This document shows, piece after piece, positions 39,336 to 49,202 of a stretch of DNA of 64,000 nt. Within the stretch, counting starts at the first letter, position 1. Each line of letters begins with the position of its first letter. The notes beneath the pieces were generated by a model. The model searched no databases, was not told the DNA's origin, and worked only from the letters and a program-made list of their open reading frames with translations. The DNA comes from Nitrospinales bacterium (lineage in GTDB: Bacteria; Nitrospinota; Nitrospinia; Nitrospinales; VA-1), in assembly GCA_965223345.1 (NCBI GenBank), contig CBDCWG010000012.1, positions 1,536,001 to 1,600,000 of the forward strand. Reading direction: 5' to 3'. The translations under genes and the position numbers were made by a program.

Positions 39336-39574
39336 CCGGGCATCCCCCCCACAACCTTAAAAGTCGGGTTCGTTCAAGGATACAGCCTATGATTGTCGCT
39401 GACCGCCTGTAAACCTCAAGTCGCTCCGGAATAGAAAATTGATTTCAAGTAGCCTGCTGAGAGTGAGGAACGCTAAAGGTGCGCCTCCATTCGGGTCCGA
39501 TCAGGCTTTCTTTCAATATTCAACGATTAGCTTCGTTCGCCAATTATTGCAGGTCACATAGCTGAGGGAAACTC

Positions 39575-40096
39575 ATGGACATCACTTTTGGTGAAGGATA
39601 TAGCGTCCACAATGCGAAACGACATTGCGTTTGTGTGCAGGATTCAATAGATATATTGCAAATTCATGGTGTTGGCACACCACACGCTCACCATCGAGTT
39701 TATCAAATATTTCAAGCGCTTGGATTCGCGACTTCCGTACCCGTCTATTATGGGAACGTCGGAAATGCTGCGTCATACAGATCATCCTCGATTTGCTACA
39801 TAGTATACAACAGTAGATTTTTTAGTCGATTGCACCCTGTCTATCCGGTTATTCCGATCATCATTCTCGCGCATGAAGTCGGTCATATCGTGGGGCGGTA
39901 TCAGGAAAGCCCCAATTCACATATTCGTGAATTGGAGGCAGATAGAATATCAGGATATGTCATGAAAAAATTCGGAGCTACCGCTGAACAGGCGATATTA
40001 AAGCAAAAACTATTTCCTAACAAAGCCAGTTCCAGTCATCCCAGTAGTGCACTGAGAAAACAGGCCATACTGGAAGGGTACAACGCATGCCCTTAA
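39575..40096 (+). CDS. M48-like zinc metallopeptidase domain, possibly N-terminally truncated
   Basis: LAHEVGH, ELEAD..SG, SHP....R; low GC; no signal peptide. Confidence 0.7.
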   Translation: MDITFGEGYSVHNAKRHCVCVQDSIDILQIHGVGTPHAHHRVYQIFQALGFATSVPVYYGNVGNAASYRSSSICYIVYNSRFFSRLHPVYPVIPIIILAHEVGHIVGRYQESPNSHIRELEADRISGYVMKKFGATAEQAILKQKLFPNKASSSHPSSALRKQAILEGYNACP

Positions 40097-40250
40097 GGGC
40101 AATAATTACGATTTGACAGCACATGATTTTAATGCATGAAAATCGTTCTGTGTGCATGGATCTAATCGGTTCAATAATGTTCTAGCTGCTCTTCAAGCTT
40201 TATTGATGAGTATTTGTTAATTAATTGCAAACTAAGGAGAAGGAGAGTGA

Positions 40251-40499
40251 ATGATGATGTCCATTGATAAAATCAGAAAACAAGTAGATGATGATCTGTT
40301 TGAGAGAATTGAACTATACCAAACGAATCCCCAGTTTCAAAAAGCGGTCAGCGAGAATCCCGCTATACTTGTTGCCGGTCTTAATTTTGAACAAGCTTCG
40401 TTACTCGTGGAACTCACAAAATTCCTTGGTGTTTTTGGCCAACGGAAAAGTGGCGGTGGTGTTTCTTTTGATCCCCCCCCTTGGCATTGGCCCGGCTAA
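40251..40499 (+). CDS. Small hypothetical protein (low GC)
   Basis: Strong AAGGAGAAGGAG RBS, 82 aa ORF. Confidence 0.5.
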   Translation: MMMSIDKIRKQVDDDLFERIELYQTNPQFQKAVSENPAILVAGLNFEQASLLVELTKFLGVFGQRKSGGGVSFDPPPWHWPG

Positions 40500-40553
40500 G
40501 CCAGAGCTTGAATGCTTTGTGCTATAAATTTTTTGTCATTGCTCACACGCTTA

Positions 40554-40588
40554 GGGCACCTCTAAAAATTAATTTTTTAGAGGTGCCC
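40554..40588. repeat. 35-bp inverted repeat with perfect 15-bp arms
   Basis: GGGCACCTCTAAAAA-TTAAT-TTTTTAGAGGTGCCC. Confidence 0.85.
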
Positions 40589-41071
40589 AGCAGGATTGTT
40601 CATAATCTGATTTATGGTTCGTGATTCAGCCTTGCAAACACCCTGTATGTTGTAAATTCTCTTTGCTCATCTTCATTCGCATTCTTGTTCTCTGGTCGAT
40701 ATTTAAAATCGGGACACCGATACTCTTAATAAGCCATTAAGCTTTTTTCGCAAAGAATTCATCCTCGTTCGATTGCCCTCCCATCGTTACAACGGACCCA
40801 TCCTGTTCCCTGCGCAGTGATTTATAAAAGCCAAATCAATAAATTAACCTCTTTCTGTTTCTGCAGAACAGACAGTCCGATATTAGAAATTCATGAAAAA
40901 TAGATTCATCGCTGATTGAAATGCAGGAACGAAAAAATATCGCATAAGAAATAAGATGTAGTTTCGAAATAATGTAATGTCAAATTATTGATATTATGTC
41001 TATTTAGACATATAATTAATTTTTGAAAATCATCCCCCTATGTTAGAAACCAAAAAACGCTGGGAAGGATT

Positions 41072-43123
41072 ATGCGACCCATCCATCAGCGACATCTTTT
41101 GGTATTTCTACTTGTCCCGTTCTTTTGGGGCAGTTCTCCCCATCCCGGTTTTTCCGAACAACTAGAAACGGATACCATTTTTGAAATGGAAATCCACCAA
41201 CTGATGCAGGTGGACGTGGTGGTGACTTCTGTGAGCAAGCGGCCGCAAAAGCTTCACAAGACCGCTTCGGCGGTTTACGTGGTCACCCAGGAGGACATTC
41301 GTCGCACTGGTGCGGTCAATATCATGGAAGCCTTGCGCATTGTACCGGGTGTTCTGGTCTCGAAAATCAACCAAAATCGATATGTGGTTTCCATCAGGGG
41401 TTTTAACTTGCGATTTGGCTCGGACAAACTCCTGGTATTGATCGACGGACGATCAATCTACAGCCAATCTGAAGCGGGAACTTTCTGGAGAGCGCACGAC
41501 ACAGTATTGGAGGATATAGATCGGATCGAGGTGATCCGCGGACCTGGTGCGGCGCTTTGGGGTTCCAACGCCGTGGCGGGTGTCATCAATATCATCACCA
41601 AAAACGCTGCTCAAACACAGGGCGTATTGGCGTCTGCTGGAGGTGGAACAGAAGAGACGGCTTTTGGCACACTCAGGTATGGGGGAAAGATCGGAAAAAA
41701 ATTCTTTTACCGCGTCTATGGAAAATACCGCGACCGCGATGGCGGTAAAAATGTGGACGGTTCCGATGCATTCGACAACAAGCAGATGGGCCAGGGAGGA
41801 TTCCGAAGCGATTGGCAGGTGACGGCCCAAGACCACCTGACCACGCAGGGAGATTATTATAATTTAGACTCGCAATTCGATATTTTCCGGCTTGTATCCG
41901 TTGCTGCAGGAAACTCTAATTTCAGGGGCGGCTTGATCCATAAAGGAGGCAATTTCCTGACTCGCTGGACGCATACTTTTCAAGATGCCTCTACGTTTAA
42001 GTTTCAGTTTTATTACGATTACGTACAAAGACAATCCACTTTCCCTTTCAATCAGAGAGCAGATACGTTCGATTTTGAGAGCCAGTATGATTTTTCTTTG
42101 GGGGAAAGGCAGAAAATTTCTTTAGGGGCGAACTACAGACATATTAAATTTGATTCTGAAGAAAGTAACCTCAATCGATTTGCGGACAGCACGACTAATA
42201 TATCCAGCGACCTGTTCGGTTTTTTTGTGCACGATGAAATCACAATCATCCCCGAGCGCTGGAATTTGATCTTAGGATCGAAGTTCGAACACAATATATT
42301 TTCCGGTTTTGAAATCCAACCTAATATTCGCACAGTATGGACCCCTCATCCGGACCATACGGTTTGGGGGGCCGTATCTCGTGCGGTGAGACTCCCCACT
42401 GTCAGAGAAGAACGCAGGTTTTCTGATGGGTTTGTCGCTACGGCGCCGGGTTTTCCAAACCCCTTTCTGATACGTCTGCAAGGCGATGGCAGGACGGAGG
42501 CAGAGGAATTATTGGCCTTTGAAATCGGTTACCGGCGCCAGTTTCCCGAAAGAAAACTCAGCTTCGATGTCACAGCATTTCTTTTCGAATACGATAATAT
42601 TATCGACGCCGTTTTTGAACCTCCTTTCTTTTTGGAGACGACCCCTCCGGGGCCTCCACGTCTGATTAATCTGCTTCGAAACGACAATGCGCTTAAGGGC
42701 GAAGCTTATGGTGCAGAATTGAGTGCAGAATGGCAAGCCACGAAAAGACTGCGCCTTTCCGGAAGTTACACGTTTAATAAAACGGATTTGCGGGAAAAGA
42801 TTCCAGAAGCCTTTATCGGGCAAGGAGACTTTGCCGCCGAGGAGGAGCCGGAGCACATCGTCACCGTTCGCTCTTATTTGACGTTGCCACATAACCTGGA
42901 ATTCGACACCATGTTGTATTATGTGGGAAAAAATGTGGCCCGCGATGTGCAAAACTATTTGCGTTTGGATTTGCGCCTGGGCTGGAGACCTGTCAAACAA
43001 GTGGAGATTTCTCTGGTGGGACAAAATCTCACTGACGATCAACATTCAGAACTCAATGAAACAGATGAAGCCAATTCTGAAACCGAGCGGAGTTTCTATG
43101 TGAAAGGAACGTTCCGGTTTTAA
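41072..43123 (+). CDS. TonB-dependent outer-membrane receptor
   Basis: Plug (VTSVSK, LVLIDGR, IDRIEVIRGPG.ALWG.NA..GVINIITK); C-terminal NL.D and terminal Phe. Confidence 0.95.
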   Translation: MRPIHQRHLLVFLLVPFFWGSSPHPGFSEQLETDTIFEMEIHQLMQVDVVVTSVSKRPQKLHKTASAVYVVTQEDIRRTGAVNIMEALRIVPGVLVSKINQNRYVVSIRGFNLRFGSDKLLVLIDGRSIYSQSEAGTFWRAHDTVLEDIDRIEVIRGPGAALWGSNAVAGVINIITKNAAQTQGVLASAGGGTEETAFGTLRYGGKIGKKFFYRVYGKYRDRDGGKNVDGSDAFDNKQMGQGGFRSDWQVTAQDHLTTQGDYYNLDSQFDIFRLVSVAAGNSNFRGGLIHKGGNFLTRWTHTFQDASTFKFQFYYDYVQRQSTFPFNQRADTFDFESQYDFSLGERQKISLGANYRHIKFDSEESNLNRFADSTTNISSDLFGFFVHDEITIIPERWNLILGSKFEHNIFSGFEIQPNIRTVWTPHPDHTVWGAVSRAVRLPTVREERRFSDGFVATAPGFPNPFLIRLQGDGRTEAEELLAFEIGYRRQFPERKLSFDVTAFLFEYDNIIDAVFEPPFFLETTPPGPPRLINLLRNDNALKGEAYGAELSAEWQATKRLRLSGSYTFNKTDLREKIPEAFIGQGDFAAEEEPEHIVTVRSYLTLPHNLEFDTMLYYVGKNVARDVQNYLRLDLRLGWRPVKQVEISLVGQNLTDDQHSELNETDEANSETERSFYVKGTFRF

Positions 43124-43230
43124 AAATACAGAAACGCATTTCTTCCTCTACCCGTTCGATCTTTGCGAACTTGAATTGAGCTGCGGGTTCGGTTACCCTT
43201 GGGGCTTTTCTATCCGCATCGAGCCGACGC

Positions 43231-45084
43231 ATGGTATCTTCAGACCCTCCCGCCGCAAGCCCCCCCGGACAGAGTTTTTGGACCCGCTTTAAATATCATG
43301 ACGTCGTCTGGGTTTGCGTCTGGTCGCTGCTCTGCCTGTCCGCCTTTTCATACAAACTGTCTTCCGTTCCTCCCTATGACATCGACGAGTATTACTATGT
43401 CCGGTCCGTCAAGTTCATGGTGGAATCCGGCGATTACATCACGCCCCGTTTTCACGACATCGTGGCGTGGGAGGATTTGCGCACCAAGCGCTTCGAAAAG
43501 CCCATACTGAGCTACTGGGCGATCGCCCTGTCGTACAAACTGTTCGGTGTGGATTATGCTTCGGCCCGGCTGCCTTCCGCCCTGGCGGGGGCGTTGTGCA
43601 TCCCTTTCCTCTATTTGCTGGCGCGCCGCCTGTTCGGAAGAGGTCCGGCGTTTTTCAGCGCGCTGATCTTCCCGGGGCTGCTGCTGCACTTTGAAAAATC
43701 CCGGCTGGCCCGGCCGGATATGATCATGACGCTGCTGATCCTGGCGGCGCTGTATTTTTTTGTGCGCGGATTTCAGGAGCAAGAAAAGCGCAAGCAGAAC
43801 TTTTTGCTTTTCTACCTGTGCCTCGGCCTGGGGTTTCTCACCAAAGGACCGGTGGCGGTGCTGTTGCCCTTGCTGCCGATCGCCTTGTTTTTTGTCTTGC
43901 CCGGCAACCGTCTGCCGGTCCGGCAGCTGCACCTGGGCGCGGGTGCGCTGCTCTTTCTTGTCATCAATCTGCCCTGGTTTCTCGCCATGATCGTCATTCA
44001 CGGCCAGGAATACATCGACCACGTGTTTCAGGTGGAGATCAAAGGGCGGGTGCTGCATGCGGATGGCTACAAATGGTATTACCTCTACACGCCGCTGGCC
44101 ACTATGCTGCCCTGGTCGTTTTTCTTTCTGGCGGCGCTCGCTTCTTTTTGGAATGGCATACCCGTAAAAGCAGAGTCCGCTGGGGCAGGGCGGTCTTTTT
44201 TGCGGGAAAAATGGGCGCTTCTCCGCGGCAAATGCCGGGTGCTTTGTGAGCCGCAAAACCGCTGGATTGTGTTCTGCCTCATCTGGTTCTGTGCGCCGTT
44301 GATCTTTTTCACCGTGTTCCAGAATTACCGCGCGCGCTACGTTCTCACGGTGTGCGCTCCTCTGGCGCTGCTCACCGGGTATTTCCTGCACGGCATGGCG
44401 GCGCAGGCATCCGGCCTCAAATCCTGGCTGTTCAAGGGACCGCTGTATCTGTGCTTTGCCTATTACATCGGCCTGTCGGTCTATCTCGGTTTCATCTATC
44501 TCTTTTTCAGCCGGGTGCTCGAACCGACTTTGTGGGTGACGCTGTTTCCCGCCCTGCTGCTTGTGGGAGTGGGGCGGCTGGCCTGGCTGTATCGCAAAAG
44601 GCGCTGCGTTCCGCTGCTGGTGACTCTGGGCGTGTTTCACATTTTGATCCTGGCTTTGATCCATGGGGACATCCTTCCTTATTACAACAACTATCCACTG
44701 AAAAAAATGGCGCAGGCGATCCGTGCCGAAGGGACGGGAGGAGAAGAGGTCTACATCCTGAATCTGGGCAACGACGGACCCAAGCTCGGCGTGCAGACCC
44801 TGCATTGGGTGCGCGTGTTCGGCGATCCCAAAATCATCCAGCGGTTTGTGCCTGCGGATAAAAAGATTTTTGTGGTGCTCACCGAACGGGACTGGAAAAC
44901 GCATTTTGCCGATGCGCCGCTCATCGAGGTCGCGCGGGACCGGCGGTTGAAAAAGATCAAAGTGAATGCAAAACTGGTGCAAACCGTGCGTGAGAAAGGG
45001 CTCATCGAAACTTTCAAGGATTACCTGGAGGTGCGCATCCTGTTCACAAACAAGCCGGCAACCCAGACGCAGGATGCGCTTTAG
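43231..45084 (+). CDS. ArnT/PMT-like (GT83/GT39) membrane glycosyltransferase
   Basis: DE.YY....M..SGDYI.P, RFEKP.L.YW, ARLPSAL, LTKGPV, LPW. Confidence 0.9.
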   Translation: MVSSDPPAASPPGQSFWTRFKYHDVVWVCVWSLLCLSAFSYKLSSVPPYDIDEYYYVRSVKFMVESGDYITPRFHDIVAWEDLRTKRFEKPILSYWAIALSYKLFGVDYASARLPSALAGALCIPFLYLLARRLFGRGPAFFSALIFPGLLLHFEKSRLARPDMIMTLLILAALYFFVRGFQEQEKRKQNFLLFYLCLGLGFLTKGPVAVLLPLLPIALFFVLPGNRLPVRQLHLGAGALLFLVINLPWFLAMIVIHGQEYIDHVFQVEIKGRVLHADGYKWYYLYTPLATMLPWSFFFLAALASFWNGIPVKAESAGAGRSFLREKWALLRGKCRVLCEPQNRWIVFCLIWFCAPLIFFTVFQNYRARYVLTVCAPLALLTGYFLHGMAAQASGLKSWLFKGPLYLCFAYYIGLSVYLGFIYLFFSRVLEPTLWVTLFPALLLVGVGRLAWLYRKRRCVPLLVTLGVFHILILALIHGDILPYYNNYPLKKMAQAIRAEGTGGEEVYILNLGNDGPKLGVQTLHWVRVFGDPKIIQRFVPADKKIFVVLTERDWKTHFADAPLIEVARDRRLKKIKVNAKLVQTVREKGLIETFKDYLEVRILFTNKPATQTQDAL

Positions 45085-45139
45085 CCAAGAGGGCGGCGTT
45101 TTGCGTTAAAACCCCGATCGATGTTTTAAGAGACCGTGC

Positions 45140-45631
45140 ATGCAGGAATCAGCGGGAAAAAATATCATGATCGCCATTCCCAAAAGCCAGTTTGAGGAAG
45201 GGGAACTGTTGCCCCTGCGCGCGGCGCTGGAAAATGCGGGTGCGCGTGTGGTGGTGCTCTCGAAAAGCGGCCAGAAAGCGCGCGGCATGGAAAAAACCAC
45301 CTTCGAGCCCGACGGCACGATCGTCGATTGGAACAAGCAGCCGGGGGTCGCGGGAAAATACCACGCGGTGGTGGTGCTGGGCGGGCGGGGTGCGTCCAAA
45401 TCTCTGTGGGACGATCCCATTCTGCCGCAGATCCTGACCGACCATTTCCGCATGGACCGGCTCGTGGCTGCGGTGGGGGAGGGCCTGCCCGTGCTGGTGC
45501 GCGCGGGTCTGTGGGACGAAGACCACCGGCCCGATTCGCCGGTCACGGTGTCCGGCAATGTGGTGGTGGCTTCGGGGAAAGAAGCGGTGCAGGCCTTCGC
45601 CGCCAGCCTGATCCGTCTTTTGCAGTCCTAG
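45140..45631 (+). CDS. DJ-1/PfpI family protein lacking the catalytic Cys
   Basis: FEE.E...R..LE.AG, Y.AVVV.GG.GA, AAVGEG where AAICHG is expected. Confidence 0.8.
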   Translation: MQESAGKNIMIAIPKSQFEEGELLPLRAALENAGARVVVLSKSGQKARGMEKTTFEPDGTIVDWNKQPGVAGKYHAVVVLGGRGASKSLWDDPILPQILTDHFRMDRLVAAVGEGLPVLVRAGLWDEDHRPDSPVTVSGNVVVASGKEAVQAFAASLIRLLQS

Positions 45632-45640
45632 GGGATCGCC

Positions 45641-46894
45641 GTGAAGCGTTGGGTTTTGATTTTCATCCTCAGCGTCTCGGGCCTGCATTGCGTTTCTTCA
45701 CCGTCCAGAGTCGAAAACGCCGCCCGGCTGCCGCAGGTGATCTTCGTTCCCGGCTACTACGGCAGCACGCTGATCCGGGAAGCGGACGAAAAAACCATCT
45801 GGTTCACCGCCGGCCAGGCGCTGTGGGGAGATCAGACCCTGGCTCTGGATGTGGCGGGCCTCCGCATTCCCGGAGCCACTGCATTCCGGGTTGGCGAGGT
45901 GTTTCGATCGCTCAGTTTTCTCGGTTTTCCGAATGATGTGTACGGATCGGTCCTCGACGGTTTGCAGCGGGGGCTTGCCGGACGCGCCCGGGTGGTGGGT
46001 TTCGCCTACGACTGGCGGCAGGACATCGCGCAGTCCGCACGCCGGTTGGGTGCGCTGGTGGAGGATTTGTACGCGCAGGGAGCGCCCAGCGTGGCGGTGG
46101 TCGCGCACAGCATGGGCGGTCTGGTGACGGCGTATTATCTTTTGTACGGCGATCAGTCATTGGAAAACAGCCGCATGAATCTGGCCGGCGCACGCAGACT
46201 GCATGCGGTGGCGATGGCGGCGGCACCGTTTCAAGGCACGCTGGCGGTGTTTCGCAATATGCAGCACGGCATTGCGTTCGGGCTCAACGCCAAGGCCCTG
46301 GAAGGGCTCGCCGTGTCCTCGTTTCCGTCGAGCTATCAGATCCTGCCGCAGTACCCGCAGGCCTTGTTGTCTGAGGACGGCCGCGATCTGTCGGACTGGA
46401 TCCTGGACGGCGAGCGCTGGCGGGAATACGATTGGAGCCTGCTCAAGGACGCGCAACAGCTCGACGCCGCGACCCGAACAAACCGGGCCGAGTACACGCA
46501 CGCGATGCTCACCGCGGCGCGCAGGTTTTATGAAAAAATCCACGCGCCCGTAGGAGAATCGAAAAGTGGCCTGCCGTTTTTGTATTATTGGAGCGATGCC
46601 ATGCCGACCGACCACCGCGCCCTGTGGCATGCGACGAAACGCGAACTGCTGTTTGCGGGAAAAAACATTCCGGAGGAACGGCTCCGTCGGCCCAACGCAG
46701 CGCCCCTGCTGCTGCCGGGGGACGGCACGGTGACGGAAGTCTCGGCCATGCCTCCCGAAAATTTTGCGGCGATCTTTCCAGCGCTTCAGATGCGGAAACG
46801 GCCGCAGGAGCATTTGCAGTTGCTCAAAGATACGGAAAACAGCAACGCCATCCTGGAATTTCTGCAGGAGACGCTCGAGCTTCCCGATGCCTGA
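45641..46894 (+). CDS. Exported alpha/beta hydrolase (LCAT/PGAP1-like lipase/acyltransferase)
   Basis: FVPGYYGS, YDWR, AHSMGG, GDGTV, terminal His. Confidence 0.85.
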   Translation: MKRWVLIFILSVSGLHCVSSPSRVENAARLPQVIFVPGYYGSTLIREADEKTIWFTAGQALWGDQTLALDVAGLRIPGATAFRVGEVFRSLSFLGFPNDVYGSVLDGLQRGLAGRARVVGFAYDWRQDIAQSARRLGALVEDLYAQGAPSVAVVAHSMGGLVTAYYLLYGDQSLENSRMNLAGARRLHAVAMAAAPFQGTLAVFRNMQHGIAFGLNAKALEGLAVSSFPSSYQILPQYPQALLSEDGRDLSDWILDGERWREYDWSLLKDAQQLDAATRTNRAEYTHAMLTAARRFYEKIHAPVGESKSGLPFLYYWSDAMPTDHRALWHATKRELLFAGKNIPEERLRRPNAAPLLLPGDGTVTEVSAMPPENFAAIFPALQMRKRPQEHLQLLKDTENSNAILEFLQETLELPDA

Positions 46895-47858
46895 TTATCC
46901 GACCTTGAAAGAAATCGAGGCCGCACGCGAACGCCTGCGCCCGCATATTGTCGAGACGCCGACCCAGCCCTGGCCGGATTCGGCGTGGGCAAAGACGCAC
47001 GGCGCCGGGACGGAAGTGTACGTCAAGCTGGAACTGCTGCAGGTGACGGGAACCTTCAAGCCGCGCGGCGCGCTCAACAACATGCTGCATCTGACGCCGG
47101 ATGAACTCAAGCGCGGCGTCACCGCCGTCAGCGCCGGCAACCACGCCATCGCCACGGCGTATGCGGCGCAGGTGCTCGGCAGCACGGCCAAGGTGGTGAT
47201 GCCGAAAAACGCCAACCCGCTGCGCATGGCGCGGGCGCGCGAACTGGGCGCGGACATCGTCCTGGCGGACAATCCGCACGATGCGTTCGCCAAGGTGGAA
47301 GCGATCGAGCGTACGGAGGGCCGGCGCTTCATCCACCCGTTCGAAGGGCCGCGCACGCTCGCGGGCACCGCCACCGCCGGTCTTGAGATGACGCGGCAGG
47401 CGCCGCGGCTCGATTGCATGGTCCTTCCCATCGGCGGCGGCGGGTTGTGCGGCGGATTTTCATCCGCGCTCACACAGGTATGGCCCGGAATCAAAATCTA
47501 TGGGGTGGAGCCAGACGGCGCGGCCTGCATGTCCGAGAGCTTTCGAGCGGGCAAACCCGTCACGCTCTCCCGCATCGACACCATCGCCGACAGCCTCGCC
47601 CCGCCGCGGGCGGAACCCTACACCTATGCGGTGTGCCGCCGCTTCGTCGAGGACATCGTGCGCGTGAGCGATGCGGAACTGAAAGCGGCCATGCGCCACC
47701 TGTTCCACGGCATGAAGCTCGCTGTGGAGCCGGCGGGAGCCGCGGCGGCAGCCGGCCTGCTGGGTCCGCTGAAAGAAAGGGTGCGCGGCAAAAAAGTCGG
47801 CCTCATCGCCTGTGGCGCCAACATCGACATCGCGGATTTCTGCAAACTCGTTTCCTGA
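46887..47858 (+). CDS. PLP-dependent threonine/serine dehydratase family enzyme
   Basis: KLELLQ.TGTFKPRGA, SAGNH, GGGGL, EPAGA. Confidence 0.92.
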   Translation: MPDYPTLKEIEAARERLRPHIVETPTQPWPDSAWAKTHGAGTEVYVKLELLQVTGTFKPRGALNNMLHLTPDELKRGVTAVSAGNHAIATAYAAQVLGSTAKVVMPKNANPLRMARARELGADIVLADNPHDAFAKVEAIERTEGRRFIHPFEGPRTLAGTATAGLEMTRQAPRLDCMVLPIGGGGLCGGFSSALTQVWPGIKIYGVEPDGAACMSESFRAGKPVTLSRIDTIADSLAPPRAEPYTYAVCRRFVEDIVRVSDAELKAAMRHLFHGMKLAVEPAGAAAAAGLLGPLKERVRGKKVGLIACGANIDIADFCKLVS

Positions 47859-48093
47859 GTTCCCATAACGGAAGACGGTCCTCCTCCCCAACCGCCCCGC
47901 AAAACCGGTAAAAAACGCTTGCTGTTGCGTTTTCCGCCCCAATTGCCCGCTCCGGGGCGTAAAAATTAAAAAAAATTAATTTTTACAAGAGCTTGACACC
48001 CTTAGAGGGTGGTTTTATTTCACACCAAAGAGGCCGGGCCCCGCCAGGGCCCAGCGACGTCATCAAAATCATTTGAATGAAAGGAGGTCGTTT

Positions 48094-48603
48094 ATGAAAA
48101 CGACAAAAATGGCCCCCCGTCCTTTGAATGGCGCTGGTGAGGCCGTGAGCCCAGCATCCGAATCGGATTTCGCCTGGTTTTTGAGGGATTTCGATCGGAT
48201 TTTCAATATGTTTCCCCCCAGAATCGCGGATTTTTTCCATCCCCGCACCCTTTTGGATTCTCCGACCGTGCATCCGGCCATGGATGTGCGTGAAATGAAA
48301 GACCACTGGAGGATCGATGCGGAACTTCCCGGCGTGGACGAAAAAGACGTCGATGTGACCTTTTCCGGCCAGGGCTTGATCATCAAGGCTGAGAAACCGC
48401 CCAGGGTCGAGAACAAGGAAACCCTGCGTGCGATCCGCATGCAGAGGGTCTTCGGCTCCGTTCATGCGACGGTCCCGATGCCTAAGGAAGTCGATCCGGA
48501 CAAGGTCGAGGCCCGCATGCATCAGGGTGTGTTGACCGTCATCCTTCCCAAAACCAAAAAAGCAAAACAAGGCAGGAAAAAAATCGCCATCCATACGGGC
48601 TGA
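48094..48603 (+). CDS. Small heat-shock protein Hsp20
   Basis: P.MDV.E, AELPGV, A.M.QGVL.V.LPK, C-terminal IAI; AAGGAGGT RBS; TTGACA at 47993. Confidence 0.9.
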   Translation: MKTTKMAPRPLNGAGEAVSPASESDFAWFLRDFDRIFNMFPPRIADFFHPRTLLDSPTVHPAMDVREMKDHWRIDAELPGVDEKDVDVTFSGQGLIIKAEKPPRVENKETLRAIRMQRVFGSVHATVPMPKEVDPDKVEARMHQGVLTVILPKTKKAKQGRKKIAIHTG

Positions 48604-48716
48604 TTTTTTTCTTTGGCCATTCATTTATTGGAAAAACCACAGCGCGCCCGTGTGTCATGCGGAGCGGGTGCGGTGGTTGAATCGATACAACCCGAGTTTT
48701 TGTATTGGAGGTGTGT

Positions 48717-48809
48717 ATGGAAACCGGTTCTTTGCTGATGGCGCTGATGGTCAGCCTTGCCGCCATCGGGTTTTTCAGTTATTTCAGCGCGGGACTTTTC
48801 AACGAATGA
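48717..48809 (+). CDS. 30-aa membrane peptide METGSLLMALMVSLAAIGFFSYFSAGLFNE (not in ORF track)
   Basis: GGAGGTG RBS; paralog at 5459-5551. Confidence 0.75.
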   Translation: METGSLLMALMVSLAAIGFFSYFSAGLFNE

Positions 48810-48904
48810 TCCGTGGGAGGGCGGCTTCCTGCGGGAAGCCGCCGCATCGACCCGTTTTCAGAACCCCATCTCAAATCACAGGAAACAAGGAAAGGAGCGA
48901 AACA

Positions 48905-49108
48905 ATGCGAGCGGCGACTGAAATCGAATTTCCAGCACAGCATCAATGTGAATCCGGTATCACTTCCATCCAGGCAGGACGGAATATCCTGAGAATCCGA
49001 CCACGCAGTCGCACCCCCTTGTGGTTGAAACGAATCCAGCGGCGCAACCCCTCGGGATATCGATCCTGGAGGGATTATGTCCGTCATCTGGGAACGGACT
49101 GTGCCTGA
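48905..49108 (+). CDS. Possible small basic hypothetical protein (67 aa)
   Basis: AAGGAG RBS before ATG; no recognisable motif. Confidence 0.35.
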   Translation: MRAATEIEFPAQHQCESGITSIQAGRNILRIRPRSRTPLWLKRIQRRNPSGYRSWRDYVRHLGTDCA

Positions 49109-49202
49109 ACTTCTCTTTCATCGCAAGGAATCCTGCCATCTCTCTATCTGTTGAATTCATGAGATGGCAGGATTCCCGTAAGCATCGATCAGGAGGAAAA
49201 CG

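Noticed and set aside
39200..41070. Low-GC patch as a prophage or defence island
   Set aside because: No integrase, phage, nuclease or recognisable defence motifs; only a peptidase-like ORF and an orphan.
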